Shown here: in pieces, positions 1-9,693 of the stretch | How the letters are laid out: each line of letters starts with the position of its first letter | Numbering within the stretch: position 1 is the first letter of the stretch | Assembly (NCBI GenBank): GCA_049997875.1 | Contig: JBEKRC010000001.1 | Span: 108,609-172,608 of the forward strand | Length of the DNA: 64,000 bases | Reading direction: 5' to 3' | Source: Minisyncoccia bacterium | GTDB lineage: Bacteria > Patescibacteriota > Minisyncoccia > UBA6257 > 2-01-FULL-56-20 | Made by a program: the position numbers and the translations under genes | Notes under the pieces: model-generated | Databases searched by the model: none | Told to the model about the DNA's origin: nothing | Seen by the model: only the letters and a program-made list of their open reading frames with translations

Positions 1-169
1 TGGCCACGAGGTATTCGTAATACTTCATAATTTTCACAAAAATGCCGGCACCATGATTTAGGATGTCGGGTTCTACGCGCGAGACGTAAACTTGGTAGAT
101 TGGACCGCTCGCGTATTTCTCCGCCCACGGAAACTGCTCCTTGAAGCCTGCCAACTTCGTCGGGGGCAT
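1..169 (-). CDS. Partial CDS (N-terminal 56 aa; gene continues beyond window start): hypothetical protein MPPTKLAGFKEQFPWAEKYASGPIYQVYVSRVEPDILNHGAGIFVKIMKYYEYLVA...
   Basis: Open frame on the minus strand from an ATG (complement of 167-169) running off the window edge with no stop. Family not recognised. Confidence 0.3.
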   Translation of the reverse strand, partial: MPPTKLAGFKEQFPWAEKYASGPIYQVYVSRVEPDILNHGAGIFVKIMKYYEYLVA

Positions 170-426
170 TAAGGTAGGACTTGGGCAATAACAATCAGTA
201 CCGAGTTTTGCGGCGAGTGCGTTTTGTGTAATCACTGAACTACCTCCTGTGGCGTCACGCCACCTCAGCAAGCGTCACGCTTGCCAGTTTGGATTTGTCG
301 AAGAACTAATCGACTAGTTATATATTGTCACATACAAATGGCATTGTCAATCGAATCGAACATGCTGCTCATAGGGAAAGGATCGTTCGATACAAATATC
401 ATTGCATGCTCTCCCGTACAAGCGAT

Positions 427-455
427 TTGCCTCCCTGCCGCGCGCGCGTTACAAT
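427..455 (+). promoter_or_regulatory. Candidate sigma70-like promoter for dcd (TTGCCT -17 nt- TACAAT)
   Basis: -35-like TTGCCT and -10-like TACAAT separated by 17 nt, about 10 nt upstream of the dcd start. Confidence 0.3.
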
Positions 456-465
456 TTTTCTACCA

Positions 466-1052
466 TGATCCTCTCGGACCGCGATATCAAGAAAGCACTC
501 AAGGCGGGACGCATCAAGATCACGCCGGCGCCGGATTTCAAAACCCAGCTTGGCTCGTGCTCGCTTGACCTGCGGCTCGGCAACGAGTTCCGCGTGTTCC
601 GCCGCACTCACGTGCCGCACATAGACACCCAGGATATGAAACAGGCGGCGGCCCTTATGGAGGATGTCGTGGTTCCGAAAGGCGGCTCTTTCGTGCTCCA
701 CCCCCAAGACCTCGTGCTTGCGACCACGCTTGAATGGCTTGAAATCGGGGACGATCTCGTGGGACGAATTGAAGGAAGAAGTTCTCTCGGACGCCTCGGC
801 GTCATCGTCCACGGCACGGCGTCCATTTTTGATCCCGGCTGGCGCGGGAAGCCCGTGATGGAACTCGGCAACCTTGGCGTTGTGCCGGTACTTCTCTATC
901 CCGGCATGCGGGTGTGCGCTTTCACGTTTGAAGAAGTGTCAAGCAAGGTGGAAGTTCCCTATTATATGAAGAAGGGCGGGAAATACGCCGGGCAGAAAAA
1001 ACCGCTCGCATCAAAGCTTTCGCAAGAAACAAGAGCAAAAAAGCGGAAATGA
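466..1052 (+). CDS. dcd: dCTP deaminase
   Basis: Protein MILSDRDIKKALKAGRIKITP...GRIEGRSSLGRLGVIVH matches the dCTP deaminase/dUTPase fold with the characteristic N-terminus. The internal Met of track ORF 402-1052 was chosen as the start. Confidence 0.85.
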
Positions 1053-1723
1053 GTAGCGGCGGGTATGAGATAGAAATTAAGTGCCTCCTTGGAAACCGCG
1101 AGAATGCGGAACGCCTTGAAGCGCAGATGAAAAAGCTGGATCCGAAGCTTCGGAAAATCGGCTCACACAAACAGCTCAATCATTACTTTGAAGGGAATGG
1201 CGACGCGAAGGCTGTCGCAAAGGTCATTGCCGACGAAAAAGACCGAAAAGATTTTCTTGATCTTGCAAAAAGAGCAAAAGATTTTTCCCTGCGCACGCGG
1301 GAAGCGGACGGGAAGGTGCTCTTGGTCCTCAAGGCGACCATTGACGACACGACGAGTGCGAATGGAACCGCGCGCCGCGAATTTGAATGCGAAGTGGCGA
1401 TGCCGCTTTCAAAACTTGACGAGGCTGTCCTCGGTGCCGGTTTTACCTACCAGGCCAAATGGTCACGCGAGCGGATGGAGTACAAATTTTTCGACGCCAA
1501 CGTGACGATAGATAAGAACGCCGGCTATGGCTACCTCGCCGAATTTGAAATCATAGCGAGCGATCCCTCCCACGCGGACGGCGCGAAGGCGAAACTTCGC
1601 GAAATAATAAAAAATGTAGGGCTTGAGGAACTCAACCAGGCGCGCCTGGAACGTATGTTCGCTCATTACAACGCGCACTGGCCGGAGTATTATGGCACCG
1701 AAAAAACCTTCGTGATAGAGTAG
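1049..1723 (+). CDS. CYTH-domain protein (triphosphate tunnel metalloenzyme-like)
   Basis: The N-terminal YEIEIKCLL resembles the CYTH EIERKFLV signature. It is about 220 aa and overlaps the dcd stop by 4 nt (ATGA), suggesting co-transcription. Confidence 0.5.
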   Translation: MSSGGYEIEIKCLLGNRENAERLEAQMKKLDPKLRKIGSHKQLNHYFEGNGDAKAVAKVIADEKDRKDFLDLAKRAKDFSLRTREADGKVLLVLKATIDDTTSANGTARREFECEVAMPLSKLDEAVLGAGFTYQAKWSRERMEYKFFDANVTIDKNAGYGYLAEFEIIASDPSHADGAKAKLREIIKNVGLEELNQARLERMFAHYNAHWPEYYGTEKTFVIE

Positions 1724-1735
1724 TGACATAGAACC

Positions 1736-2737
1736 ATGGCGAACGTTCCCGCAGGTGCGCGGCATCCCGAATATCAATATCTTGACCTTCTCCGCGACAT
1801 CCTTGACCATGGCGTGAAGCAGGTAGACAAGGGAATCGGCTCCGTCACCTGGAGCGTCTTCGGCCGCCAAATGCGGTTTGATCTTTCGGAAGGATTTCCG
1901 CTCCTCACCACAAAAAAAGTATTTTGGAAGGGAATCATCTATGAACTCGCGTGGTTCTTGTCCGGCCAGTCCAACATCAAATACCTCGTGGACGCGAATG
2001 TCCACATCTGGGACGATTACCCTTACAAAATTTATCGGGAAAAAATGGACAAGGGCGAGCTTCCGCCGCTTACGAAAGAAGAATTCATCGCTAAAATCGC
2101 AGGCGACGCGGTGTTCGCAAAGCAGCACGGGAATCTGAAACATATCTACGGAGAAATGTGGCGCCGTTGGCCCGCAAAGAACGGCCGGACGATTGACCAG
2201 GTGCAGTGGCTTGTAAACGAACTCAAAAAAGATCCGGATGCCCACAACGCACTCGTGAATTCCTGGAACCCGGAGTACCTCTATGAAATGGCGCTGCCCC
2301 AGGAAGCATGCCGCTTCCCCATTTGCCACAACATGTATCAATGCAACATAAAGAATGGCAAACTTTCGCTTCATCTTTACCAGCGCACGGCCGACATGTT
2401 CCTTGGCGTTCCATTCAACATCGCGAGCTATGCGCTCCTGACCATCATCCTTGCCCGGGTAACAGGCAATGAGCCGGGAGAATTCGTCCACACCTTCGGC
2501 GACGCTCATATTTATGAAAATCATTTTGATGCGGTCAAAGAACAGCTCGCGCGCGAACCGAGGCCGTTCCCTACGGTAATGCTCGCTCCCGCGGTAAAAA
2601 CAATTGACGACTTCAAGCCGGAGCACGTAACGCTCACGGGCTACGACCCTCACCCGCCGATCAAGGCGGAACTGGCACCCATCGGCGGCCTCGCCACGGA
2701 TTCCTGGCGGGAATACACCAAGAAAAAAGCCGACTAG
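1736..2737 (+). CDS. thyA: Thymidylate synthase ThyA (long form with an insertion of about 50 aa)
   Basis: Carries the HPEYQYLDLLRDILDHG motif, the catalytic-region CRFPICHNMYQ, and DMFLGVPFNIASYALLT. At 333 aa it has an insert, as in the Lactobacillus-type long ThyA. Confidence 0.9.
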   Translation: MANVPAGARHPEYQYLDLLRDILDHGVKQVDKGIGSVTWSVFGRQMRFDLSEGFPLLTTKKVFWKGIIYELAWFLSGQSNIKYLVDANVHIWDDYPYKIYREKMDKGELPPLTKEEFIAKIAGDAVFAKQHGNLKHIYGEMWRRWPAKNGRTIDQVQWLVNELKKDPDAHNALVNSWNPEYLYEMALPQEACRFPICHNMYQCNIKNGKLSLHLYQRTADMFLGVPFNIASYALLTIILARVTGNEPGEFVHTFGDAHIYENHFDAVKEQLAREPRPFPTVMLAPAVKTIDDFKPEHVTLTGYDPHPPIKAELAPIGGLATDSWREYTKKKAD

Positions 2738-2916
2738 TCCGTCAACACCCTTTCCACACTTTTCCCACACGCTTTCCCCACCCACACCTCTCGCGCTGGT
2801 TCCGTTCACGTTGCCCCTACTTTCAAGGGTTTCGTCTCTTGTGAACGTTGTCATAATCGTGCTAACGTAAGGCAGGTTTCCCTGCGGCAGTTACAACTCA
2901 ATTCACGGAGGTACGT

Positions 2917-3423
2917 ATGCGAAAGAAATTCAAAGCTATTCTTGCCTTGATTGCTCTCGGCATTCTCTTCGGACTCCAATACCACGCGCTACAGGCGCCG
3001 GGAGTCCAACAGAGGCTTTACGCCGACATCCACGATACGCCCGCCATCGTGTTCTATCCGATTGTCATCGCGCTTTTCCTCTCGTTCGTAGGCCCGACGA
3101 CGTACCTGCTCCTCAATGAGAAGCGATGGAGACAGAATGCTACCGAGCACAGCGTCATGAACGCAAAGATAGTGGCGAGCAGCCTGTGGTGCGTCGGCGG
3201 CAAGCCAATGATCACGGACGAAGGCACGACGGTGCGCTTCAACCACTTCTCGTGGCCCAGCAGGTCATTCATCCTACCGGTGCGGCCGGGGCATCCTGAC
3301 ATCACGCGATTCGGCAAACTCCACGAGGGCAATACCGTTGAGTTTGAGGCGCTCCCCGAAGTCATGGAGTGCTCCCTTGAACACGAGCTTTGCGGTTATC
3401 TCCGGATCAGGTCAGTGTCCTAG
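2917..3423 (+). CDS. Hypothetical membrane protein (2 predicted TM helices)
   Basis: 168-aa ORF with an N-terminal hydrophobic segment (ILALIALGILFGL) and a second TM segment (IVFYPIVIALFLSFVG). A purine-rich stretch (GGAGGTACGT) sits upstream of the ATG. Confidence 0.5.
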   Translation: MRKKFKAILALIALGILFGLQYHALQAPGVQQRLYADIHDTPAIVFYPIVIALFLSFVGPTTYLLLNEKRWRQNATEHSVMNAKIVASSLWCVGGKPMITDEGTTVRFNHFSWPSRSFILPVRPGHPDITRFGKLHEGNTVEFEALPEVMECSLEHELCGYLRIRSVS

Positions 3424-3462
3424 GTTTCCGCATTCGCCCAACGTCCACACAGGAGGTTTTTG

Positions 3463-3546
3463 ATGAATTCTGACTCGTTCTTTTTGCTGCTTGCGGTGCT
3501 CTGGTTTATCCTGCGCTTCCTCGGTGCAAGCGCCGTTCTGGCTTAG
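3463..3546 (+). CDS. Candidate 27-aa hydrophobic micropeptide MNSDSFFLLLAVLWFILRFLGASAVLA
   Basis: A perfect AGGAGG Shine-Dalgarno sits 7 nt upstream of the ATG, and the product is a single TM-like helix. It is too short for the ORF track. Confidence 0.3.
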   Translation: MNSDSFFLLLAVLWFILRFLGASAVLA

Positions 3547-3638
3547 CTCATTGCCATTCTTTCTAACGGCGTCCTACCTCTCGCGCCGCCACAGAAGATA
3601 GGTAATAAATTCCTCTTAGTCACCCCATACTACTTTAC

Positions 3639-3670
3639 GGCCCGGGACACGCAATACCCGGGCCCTTTTC
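3639..3670 (+). terminator. Rho-independent terminator-like hairpin (GGCCCGGG-loop-CCCGGGCC followed by TTTT)
   Basis: A GC-rich 8-bp stem plus a T-tract on the plus strand, downstream of the 2917-3546 genes. Confidence 0.5.
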
Positions 3671-3741
3671 ATATCCAAAATCTGCACGCATAGCGCAGCC
3701 ATCACTGGGGCTCGTCGGGGTGAGTACCCTATGCGAGAGGG

Positions 3742-4251
3742 CTATCTCCGTTCGTAGATATTAAAGGTATAGTCGTATTGATTCTCTGCGTCTTTTTTGT
3801 GAAACTCCGATTGGGCGAGCCGCCACTCGGCCCCGCCGAACTTGGGAAAAAACGCATCACCCTCAAAAATGCTGTGTATCTTCGTGAGGTAGATCGTGTC
3901 GGCTTTCGGAAGCGCTTCTTTGTAGGTGAGTGCTCCTCCTATGACGAAAATTTCTTCTCCTCCTCCTCCTTTTGCCTTTCCCGCAAGACGCAATGCCTCA
4001 TCAAGAGTCCCTGCCATGCGATACCCTTTTATTTCACGGTCCGGCTGCATCGTGATCACAATATTCGTCCGCCCGGAAAGCGGTTTACCGATGGACTCAA
4101 ACGTTTTCCATCCCATGATGACCGGGTGGCCCATGGTGATATCTCTGAAATGTGCGAAATCCGCGGGGAGATACCACGGGATTTTTCCGCGCGATCCGAT
4201 CACCCGGTTCTCGCTCATCGCTGCAATAAGGGATATTTTCGCGCGCGTCAT
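3742..4251 (-). CDS. folA: Dihydrofolate reductase
   Basis: ISLIAAMSENRVIGSRGKIPWYLPADFAHFRDITMGHPVIMGWKTFESIG is the classic DHFR N-terminal core. An internal Met (MTRAK) was chosen as the start, so the track ORF is N-terminally over-extended. Confidence 0.85.
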   Translation of the reverse strand: MTRAKISLIAAMSENRVIGSRGKIPWYLPADFAHFRDITMGHPVIMGWKTFESIGKPLSGRTNIVITMQPDREIKGYRMAGTLDEALRLAGKAKGGGGEEIFVIGGALTYKEALPKADTIYLTKIHSIFEGDAFFPKFGGAEWRLAQSEFHKKDAENQYDYTFNIYERR

Positions 4252-4297
4252 TCTTGAACTCATCTCAAAAGTATACTCCACCAAATAGCGTGATAGA

Positions 4298-5284
4298 ATG
4301 GATGCTATGGCGATACTCATTTCCGGCTCTCTTGCGTACGACTACATTATGGATTTTTCGGGCCGCTTCCGCGATTACATCATGCCCAAGAACATCCATC
4401 TTTTGAATGTCTGCTTTCCGATACGCGAACTTGTAAAAAGCCGCGGCGGGACGGCGGGCAACATCGCCTACACGCTGAAACTCCTCGGGAGCGAGCCCGT
4501 AATCGTTTCGGTGCTTGGCAAAGACGGCGGAGAATATCTTATTCATCTGCGGCGTTTGGGAATCGGCACCCGCTACATCGCGCAAGACAAAAGCCGCTTT
4601 ACGGCTTCGGCGCACATCGTGACCGACAGGGACGACAACCAGGTCGCCGCGTTTTTTAGCGGCGCAGATCCAAAACTCACGCCGCCCATTCCGCGCATCG
4701 CGCGCATCTTGCGCGTTCCGCATGCACACACGACGACGAACAAAAGCGGCGCGCTCGCCATCATCTCGCCTTCGCATCCGCACACCATGCGGCGGCATAT
4801 GCGCGAGTGCGCGGCGCACGGCATCCCCGCAATCTTTGACCCGGGCCAGTGGTCTTCATCCCTTACCGGCGCCGCGTTTAGGGAAATGGTACGGACTTCA
4901 GCCATTACCATCGGCAACGACTATGAGATAAAGCTGCTCATAGAACGGACCGGCTGGAGCATGCGCGACGTTTTGAAAAAAACCAGGGTGCTTATCACCA
5001 CGTTTGGCGAGAAGGGATCGGCTATCGCGACCGCGAAAGGAGTCATGCGGGTAGCGCCCGCAAAGCCGCGCCGCGTCACGGACCCTACCGGCGCGGGAGA
5101 CTCCTATCGCGCTGGATTTTTGGCAGGACTTGAGCGACAATATGACCTAACAACCTGCGGCCGGATGGGAAGCGTCGCCGCGAGTTTCTGCATTGAACAC
5201 GCGGGGACGCAGGCGCACCGTTTCACTAAAAATGAATTCCGCGCGCGGTTCAAAAAAACGTACGGCGCCGAAGTAAAAATATGA
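4298..5284 (+). CDS. PfkB-family carbohydrate/nucleoside kinase (likely adenosine kinase, given ahcY downstream)
   Basis: Glycine-rich region GGTAGNIAY and the C-terminal [17 protein letters not shown] anion-hole motif are typical of ribokinase/PfkB kinases. The stop overlaps the ahcY start (ATGA). Confidence 0.75.
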   Translation: MDAMAILISGSLAYDYIMDFSGRFRDYIMPKNIHLLNVCFPIRELVKSRGGTAGNIAYTLKLLGSEPVIVSVLGKDGGEYLIHLRRLGIGTRYIAQDKSRFTASAHIVTDRDDNQVAAFFSGADPKLTPPIPRIARILRVPHAHTTTNKSGALAIISPSHPHTMRRHMRECAAHGIPAIFDPGQWSSSLTGAAFREMVRTSAITIGNDYEIKLLIERTGWSMRDVLKKTRVLITTFGEKGSAIATAKGVMRVAPAKPRRVTDPTGAGDSYRAGFLAGLERQYDLTTCGRMGSVAASFCIEHAGTQAHRFTKNEFRARFKKTYGAEVKI

Positions 5285-6687
5285 AACGCGATTACAAAAT
5301 AAAAAATAGTGCGCTCGCCGGCTGGGGGAGAAAAGAAATTGAAATGGCGGAAAAGGAAATGCCCGGACTCATGGCGCTCCGGAAGCGCTACGCCGCACGG
5401 AAGCCTCTCAAGGGCGTCCGGATCACGGGATCGCTCCATATGACGGTCCAAACAGCGGTGCTTATAGAAACGCTCGCAGCACTTGGCGCCAAGGTGCGCT
5501 GGTCAAGCTGCAACATTTTTTCCACGCAGGACCACGCGGCCGCGGCCATCGCAAAAACCGGTATCCCGGTCTTTGCTTGGAAAGGGGAAACGCTCGTGGA
5601 ATACTGGGAGTGCCTGGATCGCGCACTGGACTTCGGGAATGGCAAGGGACCGGACCTTATCGTGGACGATGGAGGCGACGCGACGCTTATGGTGCATCTG
5701 GGCGCGGAGGCGGAAAACGATCCCGCCATCCTCCGGGCACGGCGCGCAAACATGTCCGCCGACGAAATAGAACTCATAAAGCGGCTCAAAATAATTTATA
5801 AAAAGAATCCCACGCGCTGGACGAAAGCGGCGAAAAAGATACGGGGCGTTTCAGAAGAAACCACGACGGGCGTCCACCGCCTCTACGAGCGCCTCGCGCG
5901 GAACGAACTCCTATTCCCTGCGATCAACGTGAACGACTCCGTGACCAAGAGCAAGTTTGACAACATCTACGGCTGCCGCCATTCCCTGATTGACGGCCTG
6001 AACCGCGCGACCGACGTCATGATCGGCGGGAAAACCGCCGTCGTGTGCGGCTACGGGGACGTCGGCAAGGGATCGGCCCAATCGCTCCGCGGGCAGGGCT
6101 GCCGCGTGATCGTCACGGAAATTGATCCCATCTGCGCCCTGCAAGCGGCAATGGACGGCTATGAGGTCGCGGCCGTGGAAGACACATTGGGGAAAGCCGA
6201 CATCTACGTGACCGCTACCGGCGACAGGGATGTGATCACGCTGGAACACATGAAAAAAATGAAGGATCAGGCGATCGTGTGCAACATCGGCCACTTTGAG
6301 AACGAAGTACAGGTGGGCCGCCTCAATGCGGCGCGCGGCGTGAAAAAAGAAACCGTGAAACCGCAGGTGGATAAATATATTTTCTCCGACAAGCGCGAAA
6401 TATACGTTTTGGCCGAAGGGCGGCTCGTGAACCTCGGCTGCGCGACCGGCCATCCAAGCTTCGTCATGAGCAACAGTTTTTCAAACCAAGTGCTTGCACA
6501 GCTCGCCTTATGGAAAAATCGCTACGAGATCGGCGTGTACCGGCTACCGAAAGAAATTGACGAAGAAGTGGCCCGTCTTCATCTCGGGAAGATCGGCGCG
6601 AAACTTACCAAACTCACCAAGGCCCAAGCCGCCTATCTTAACGTCCCTCAAGGCGGCCCTTACAAGCCCGACTATTATCGTTATTAA
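5281..6687 (+). CDS. ahcY: S-adenosyl-L-homocysteine hydrolase (adenosylhomocysteinase)
   Basis: [28 protein letters not shown] and a [11 protein letters not shown]-binding motif; about 468 aa. Confidence 0.9.
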   Translation: MKRDYKIKNSALAGWGRKEIEMAEKEMPGLMALRKRYAARKPLKGVRITGSLHMTVQTAVLIETLAALGAKVRWSSCNIFSTQDHAAAAIAKTGIPVFAWKGETLVEYWECLDRALDFGNGKGPDLIVDDGGDATLMVHLGAEAENDPAILRARRANMSADEIELIKRLKIIYKKNPTRWTKAAKKIRGVSEETTTGVHRLYERLARNELLFPAINVNDSVTKSKFDNIYGCRHSLIDGLNRATDVMIGGKTAVVCGYGDVGKGSAQSLRGQGCRVIVTEIDPICALQAAMDGYEVAAVEDTLGKADIYVTATGDRDVITLEHMKKMKDQAIVCNIGHFENEVQVGRLNAARGVKKETVKPQVDKYIFSDKREIYVLAEGRLVNLGCATGHPSFVMSNSFSNQVLAQLALWKNRYEIGVYRLPKEIDEEVARLHLGKIGAKLTKLTKAQAAYLNVPQGGPYKPDYYRY

Positions 6688-6694
6688 GACCGCG

Positions 6695-7372
6695 CTACAA
6701 AGACAAATTTGTCCCTACTTCAAGCAAATAAGGGTTGGATCCGCCGTCTTTCGTCGTCACATCGCCGCTCCCACCATTGGAAAATTTCCTGCTTTCCATG
6801 AACGCGCTAAGTTTAAAACTTGTGTTGCCCGGGATGTACCCGTAGAACAAGGCGCAGTTTGAGAGCGAAACCGACGAGCTTGCCGCATTGCAGTTGCCTG
6901 CTTGATTTATGGGATCGAGAGGCTCCTGCCCAAGAGGGGCTCCCGACGAGATGTTCGCAAGGTCGACTGGGACCCAGCCGCTCCCCGGATACGAAGGCGT
7001 TGACGTTGGAATGCCGATGGACCGAGTGGTGGTTGCCGTGGTACTCGCTGCCGTGCCGCCTGCCGTCAAGAACCAATCTTTGCAAAAAGTAGTGCCCGGA
7101 AACGTCCACATTCCCGTGCTGCTGACCGTGGAAAATGTAGAGGTGCCGATACTGATATAACAGGTGCCTGCCGAGCCGAGATTGGGAGTCGCCACGTCCG
7201 TGAGATAAAGCGCGACGGCGGTTCGCAGGGTCCCCATGTCGGAAATGCGATTGGAATCCCTTGCCTGACGCAATAATTCCGCGGGATTCAGGGCTAAAAT
7301 AATCACCACCGACAAGACCGCGATGATCGCGATGACAATTAAGAGTTCAATAAGGGTAAATCCTTTTTTCAT
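6695..7372 (-). CDS. Type IV pilin/pseudopilin with an N-terminal prepilin methylation motif
   Basis: MKKGFTLIELLIVIAIIAVLS is the canonical class III signal (G/FTLIE). The C-terminal part is rich in Thr, Ser and Gly. Confidence 0.8.
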   Translation of the reverse strand: MKKGFTLIELLIVIAIIAVLSVVIILALNPAELLRQARDSNRISDMGTLRTAVALYLTDVATPNLGSAGTCYISIGTSTFSTVSSTGMWTFPGTTFCKDWFLTAGGTAASTTATTTRSIGIPTSTPSYPGSGWVPVDLANISSGAPLGQEPLDPINQAGNCNAASSSVSLSNCALFYGYIPGNTSFKLSAFMESRKFSNGGSGDVTTKDGGSNPYLLEVGTNLSL

Positions 7373-8376
7373 AGTTTTTGATAAAAACGGCGGCCGGCAA
7401 ACAATCTGAAGGCAAGGTAAGAAACAAGAAGATCAAAGACAATGGCTGCGAGCGTTGCCGCGAGAAACCAAGGGAGCATACTGTCCCTTGCGGCGAACGC
7501 TTCGCCGTACGGCTGCTGCGTTACAATCCCCCAGTGAAATTGTGGCAACGGCTCATACGCCACAATGCTCTTTCCGGCGCGGTCCGAGTCATAGTCCACC
7601 CTCGTCCCCGCATTGCCCGCAAGCGCAGCTTGCACTTCCGGCATAAACGAATAATTGACCACTTCTCCGGTTTGCGAAGAAAACTTCGGATGCGCAATGA
7701 GGTCACCCTTAGTGTCAACAATATAGGCGAATCCATACGTCCCGAGGGAAAGATCTATCCCGAACTCCAAAAAGTTGTGCGCGGGGATCTGAAGAACCAA
7801 GAAGCCGCTGATCGCCCCTTGGTTCCTTACCGGCACCGCGATGCCTACGACATTGATCCGCGGCGAAGAAAGCCTCTGTACCACATTTGAAACATAAAAA
7901 CCTTCCCCGGCTCCGGTACGCAACGTTTTATACCAGTCGCTGCTTGTGGCGCTGGATCCCAAGCCGCCCACGAGCATCGGATATGCCGCCCGCTGAATCC
8001 CATCGGGGCCGTAAAGGGTAACCCTGTCAATAAATGTGTCATAAAATTCCGGCTCGTTTCCAAGATCGCTCACGGCCAGCGCCGCGTCCGCAAAGCGTCC
8101 GGCCGCGACATCGCCCGAAATCTGACTGGACGACGCCATTGCCTCTGCCACTGAAATAAGGCGATTGAGCTTTACCTCCAAGGCGCTCGCCGCGAGATTG
8201 GTGATCGTCTGCTGTTCGGCAAGTGTTTGTGCCGTCAGATTCTCATATGTGTGATACCACAACGTGCCGATCGCTACGGGCACCGAGAGAAGCACAACAA
8301 AAACGAGGATCGCGACCCAAAACGCTCGCTGCTCTGTGAGAGATAAACTAACCACAACTTTATTGTAGTCAATCAT
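7369..8376 (-). CDS. Membrane-anchored Cache-like (dCache_1-type) extracytoplasmic sensor domain protein with no cytoplasmic output domain
   Basis: An N-terminal TM helix (WVAILVFVVLLSVPVAIGTLW) is followed by a periplasmic domain of about 280 aa containing the Cache-like motif GFAYIVDTKGDLIAHP, then a C-terminal TM helix. The start was taken at the internal Met (MIDYNKVV), not the ORF-track start at 8724. The gene overlaps the pilin gene by 4 nt. Confidence 0.6.
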   Translation of the reverse strand: MIDYNKVVVSLSLTEQRAFWVAILVFVVLLSVPVAIGTLWYHTYENLTAQTLAEQQTITNLAASALEVKLNRLISVAEAMASSSQISGDVAAGRFADAALAVSDLGNEPEFYDTFIDRVTLYGPDGIQRAAYPMLVGGLGSSATSSDWYKTLRTGAGEGFYVSNVVQRLSSPRINVVGIAVPVRNQGAISGFLVLQIPAHNFLEFGIDLSLGTYGFAYIVDTKGDLIAHPKFSSQTGEVVNYSFMPEVQAALAGNAGTRVDYDSDRAGKSIVAYEPLPQFHWGIVTQQPYGEAFAARDSMLPWFLAATLAAIVFDLLVSYLAFRLFAGRRFYQKL

Positions 8377-8915
8377 GCCGCATAATCCAAAGGTATTGTG
8401 CACACCCTGGACATAGTTGCGGTTGATATGCTGTAATACAGGCAGTAAGAGTACGTACTGGTTCGCCGTCAAAAGGAGTGGGCTATGCGTATTGATATTG
8501 GTGGCATCGGGCGCCTCCTGAAGTCTTGGAGGGCCGCCCGAAAACGGGTGGGGATCGAGAATGAATTGTGGCTGGCTCGGCTTGAGCTTGTCGAATCTCA
8601 GGCAGCTCTCGCTTCCCAGGAAAAAAGAAAGATTGGGAGGCGATGGAATGATCGAAGAATCCTGGAAGAGTACGAGAGCAACGTCGATCAGGCGAGGAGG
8701 AAAATTGAGTCTCTCGAACGGCAACTCGAAATTAAAGACCTCCTCGCGGCCTAATTCCGGCGACGAGAAGATTGCGAAGGGGGCGCGCGGAAGATCAGCA
8801 ATGCTTATCTACCTACACGAACGCGCCCCATTCAATTTCCCATCCCCAAAAATCGCTCGCCGCGAGCGCTCGTGCGGCGCCGTCTTCGTCCGAATCCTTG
8901 CCCAGGGCGCCGTTC

Positions 8916-9434
8916 TTAAATAACCTTCGCGTAGAGAACGCCGTCTAAAAATGTTTTGCCCTTTTTACTATGTTTTCTCAGTAAACCTTCATAGATGAAT
9001 CCCGACTTCTCCAGAACTCTTATCGACGCGTTGTTGAACGGAAATGCAAATGCATAAATCCTTTTGAGGCCCAACGCGCGGAATCCGAACTTGGAGAAAA
9101 TTTTTACCGCTCGCGTCATGATGCCTTTGTTCCAATATTTTCTCGCGAGCCAGTAGCCGAGTTCGGCTTTGTGGTCTTCTATTTTATTAAACCCGAGGGA
9201 ACCGGCCACTTCGCCGTCTATGTCGATGACAAAACTGATCCTTTGTCGCTTCCTTTTTTTCGCTTCATTGAGATTCTTTTTGATCCATTGTTTTGCGTCT
9301 TCAAGGGTATAGGGATGCGGAATCAAAAGCGTCTTCCTCGCAATCATTTTGTCATTGATGTTCCGCGCCAAGGATACCTCGTCGCCCTTCCTGAACGGGC
9401 GCAGGGTAAACAATTTATCTTTGAGGATCGGCAT
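8916..9434 (-). CDS. GNAT-family N-acetyltransferase (RimJ/RimL-like)
   Basis: 172 aa with RPFRKGDEVSLARNIND...ELGYWLARKYWNKGIMTRAVK...AFAFPFNNASIRVLEKSGF, a typical GNAT acetyl-CoA binding core. Confidence 0.8.
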   Translation of the reverse strand: MPILKDKLFTLRPFRKGDEVSLARNINDKMIARKTLLIPHPYTLEDAKQWIKKNLNEAKKRKRQRISFVIDIDGEVAGSLGFNKIEDHKAELGYWLARKYWNKGIMTRAVKIFSKFGFRALGLKRIYAFAFPFNNASIRVLEKSGFIYEGLLRKHSKKGKTFLDGVLYAKVI

Positions 9435-9693
9435 GACCCAATTATATATCCGACAAGATAAAAATCGCAGGGTGCCTCAGTAGAAGCAGCGAAAGCCGTG
9501 AGGGGGCGATCGAAAATGCTGATTCCCATACCACTGGTCGCTTCACAAGGTGGCCACCCCACCGTGCTACTCACTATATGGCGGGTAATCTTATTGGATG
9601 CTAAATAACGCACTTTGGCCGCTGATCGCTCCGTTGAAGAATAGAACAATGCTATAGTAGCCACCGCCCGTGAGATTCAGGGGAACTTGCCAT

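Noticed and set aside
281-568. 95-aa plus-strand ORF overlapping the dcd start
   Set aside because: It is out of frame with dcd and overlaps dcd's conserved N-terminus. It spans the promoter region and is likely spurious.
2745-2810. C/A-rich low-complexity stretch (TTTCCACAC TTTTCCCACAC GCTTTCCCCACCCACACC) downstream of thyA
   Set aside because: It is short and degenerate with no clear repeat unit or pairing partner, probably just 3'-UTR or promoter-spacer sequence. It is noted only as a possible transcription-factor or pyrimidine-tract site.
1463-2854. 463-aa minus-strand ORF antisense to thyA
   Set aside because: It lies entirely within the well-supported thyA gene on the opposite strand. 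It is an Arg/Gly/Val-rich translation typical of antisense frames in GC-rich DNA, with no recognisable motifs.
8377-8724. N-terminal 116-aa extension of the Cache sensor ORF, and the overlapping plus-strand 89-aa ORF 8485-8754
   Set aside because: The extension has no hydrophobic signal and a Pro/Ser-rich, non-protein-like composition. The internal Met directly precedes a TM helix, which is the typical sensor start. The 89-aa plus-strand ORF is coiled-coil-like but has no ribosome-binding site or other support, so it is left unannotated.
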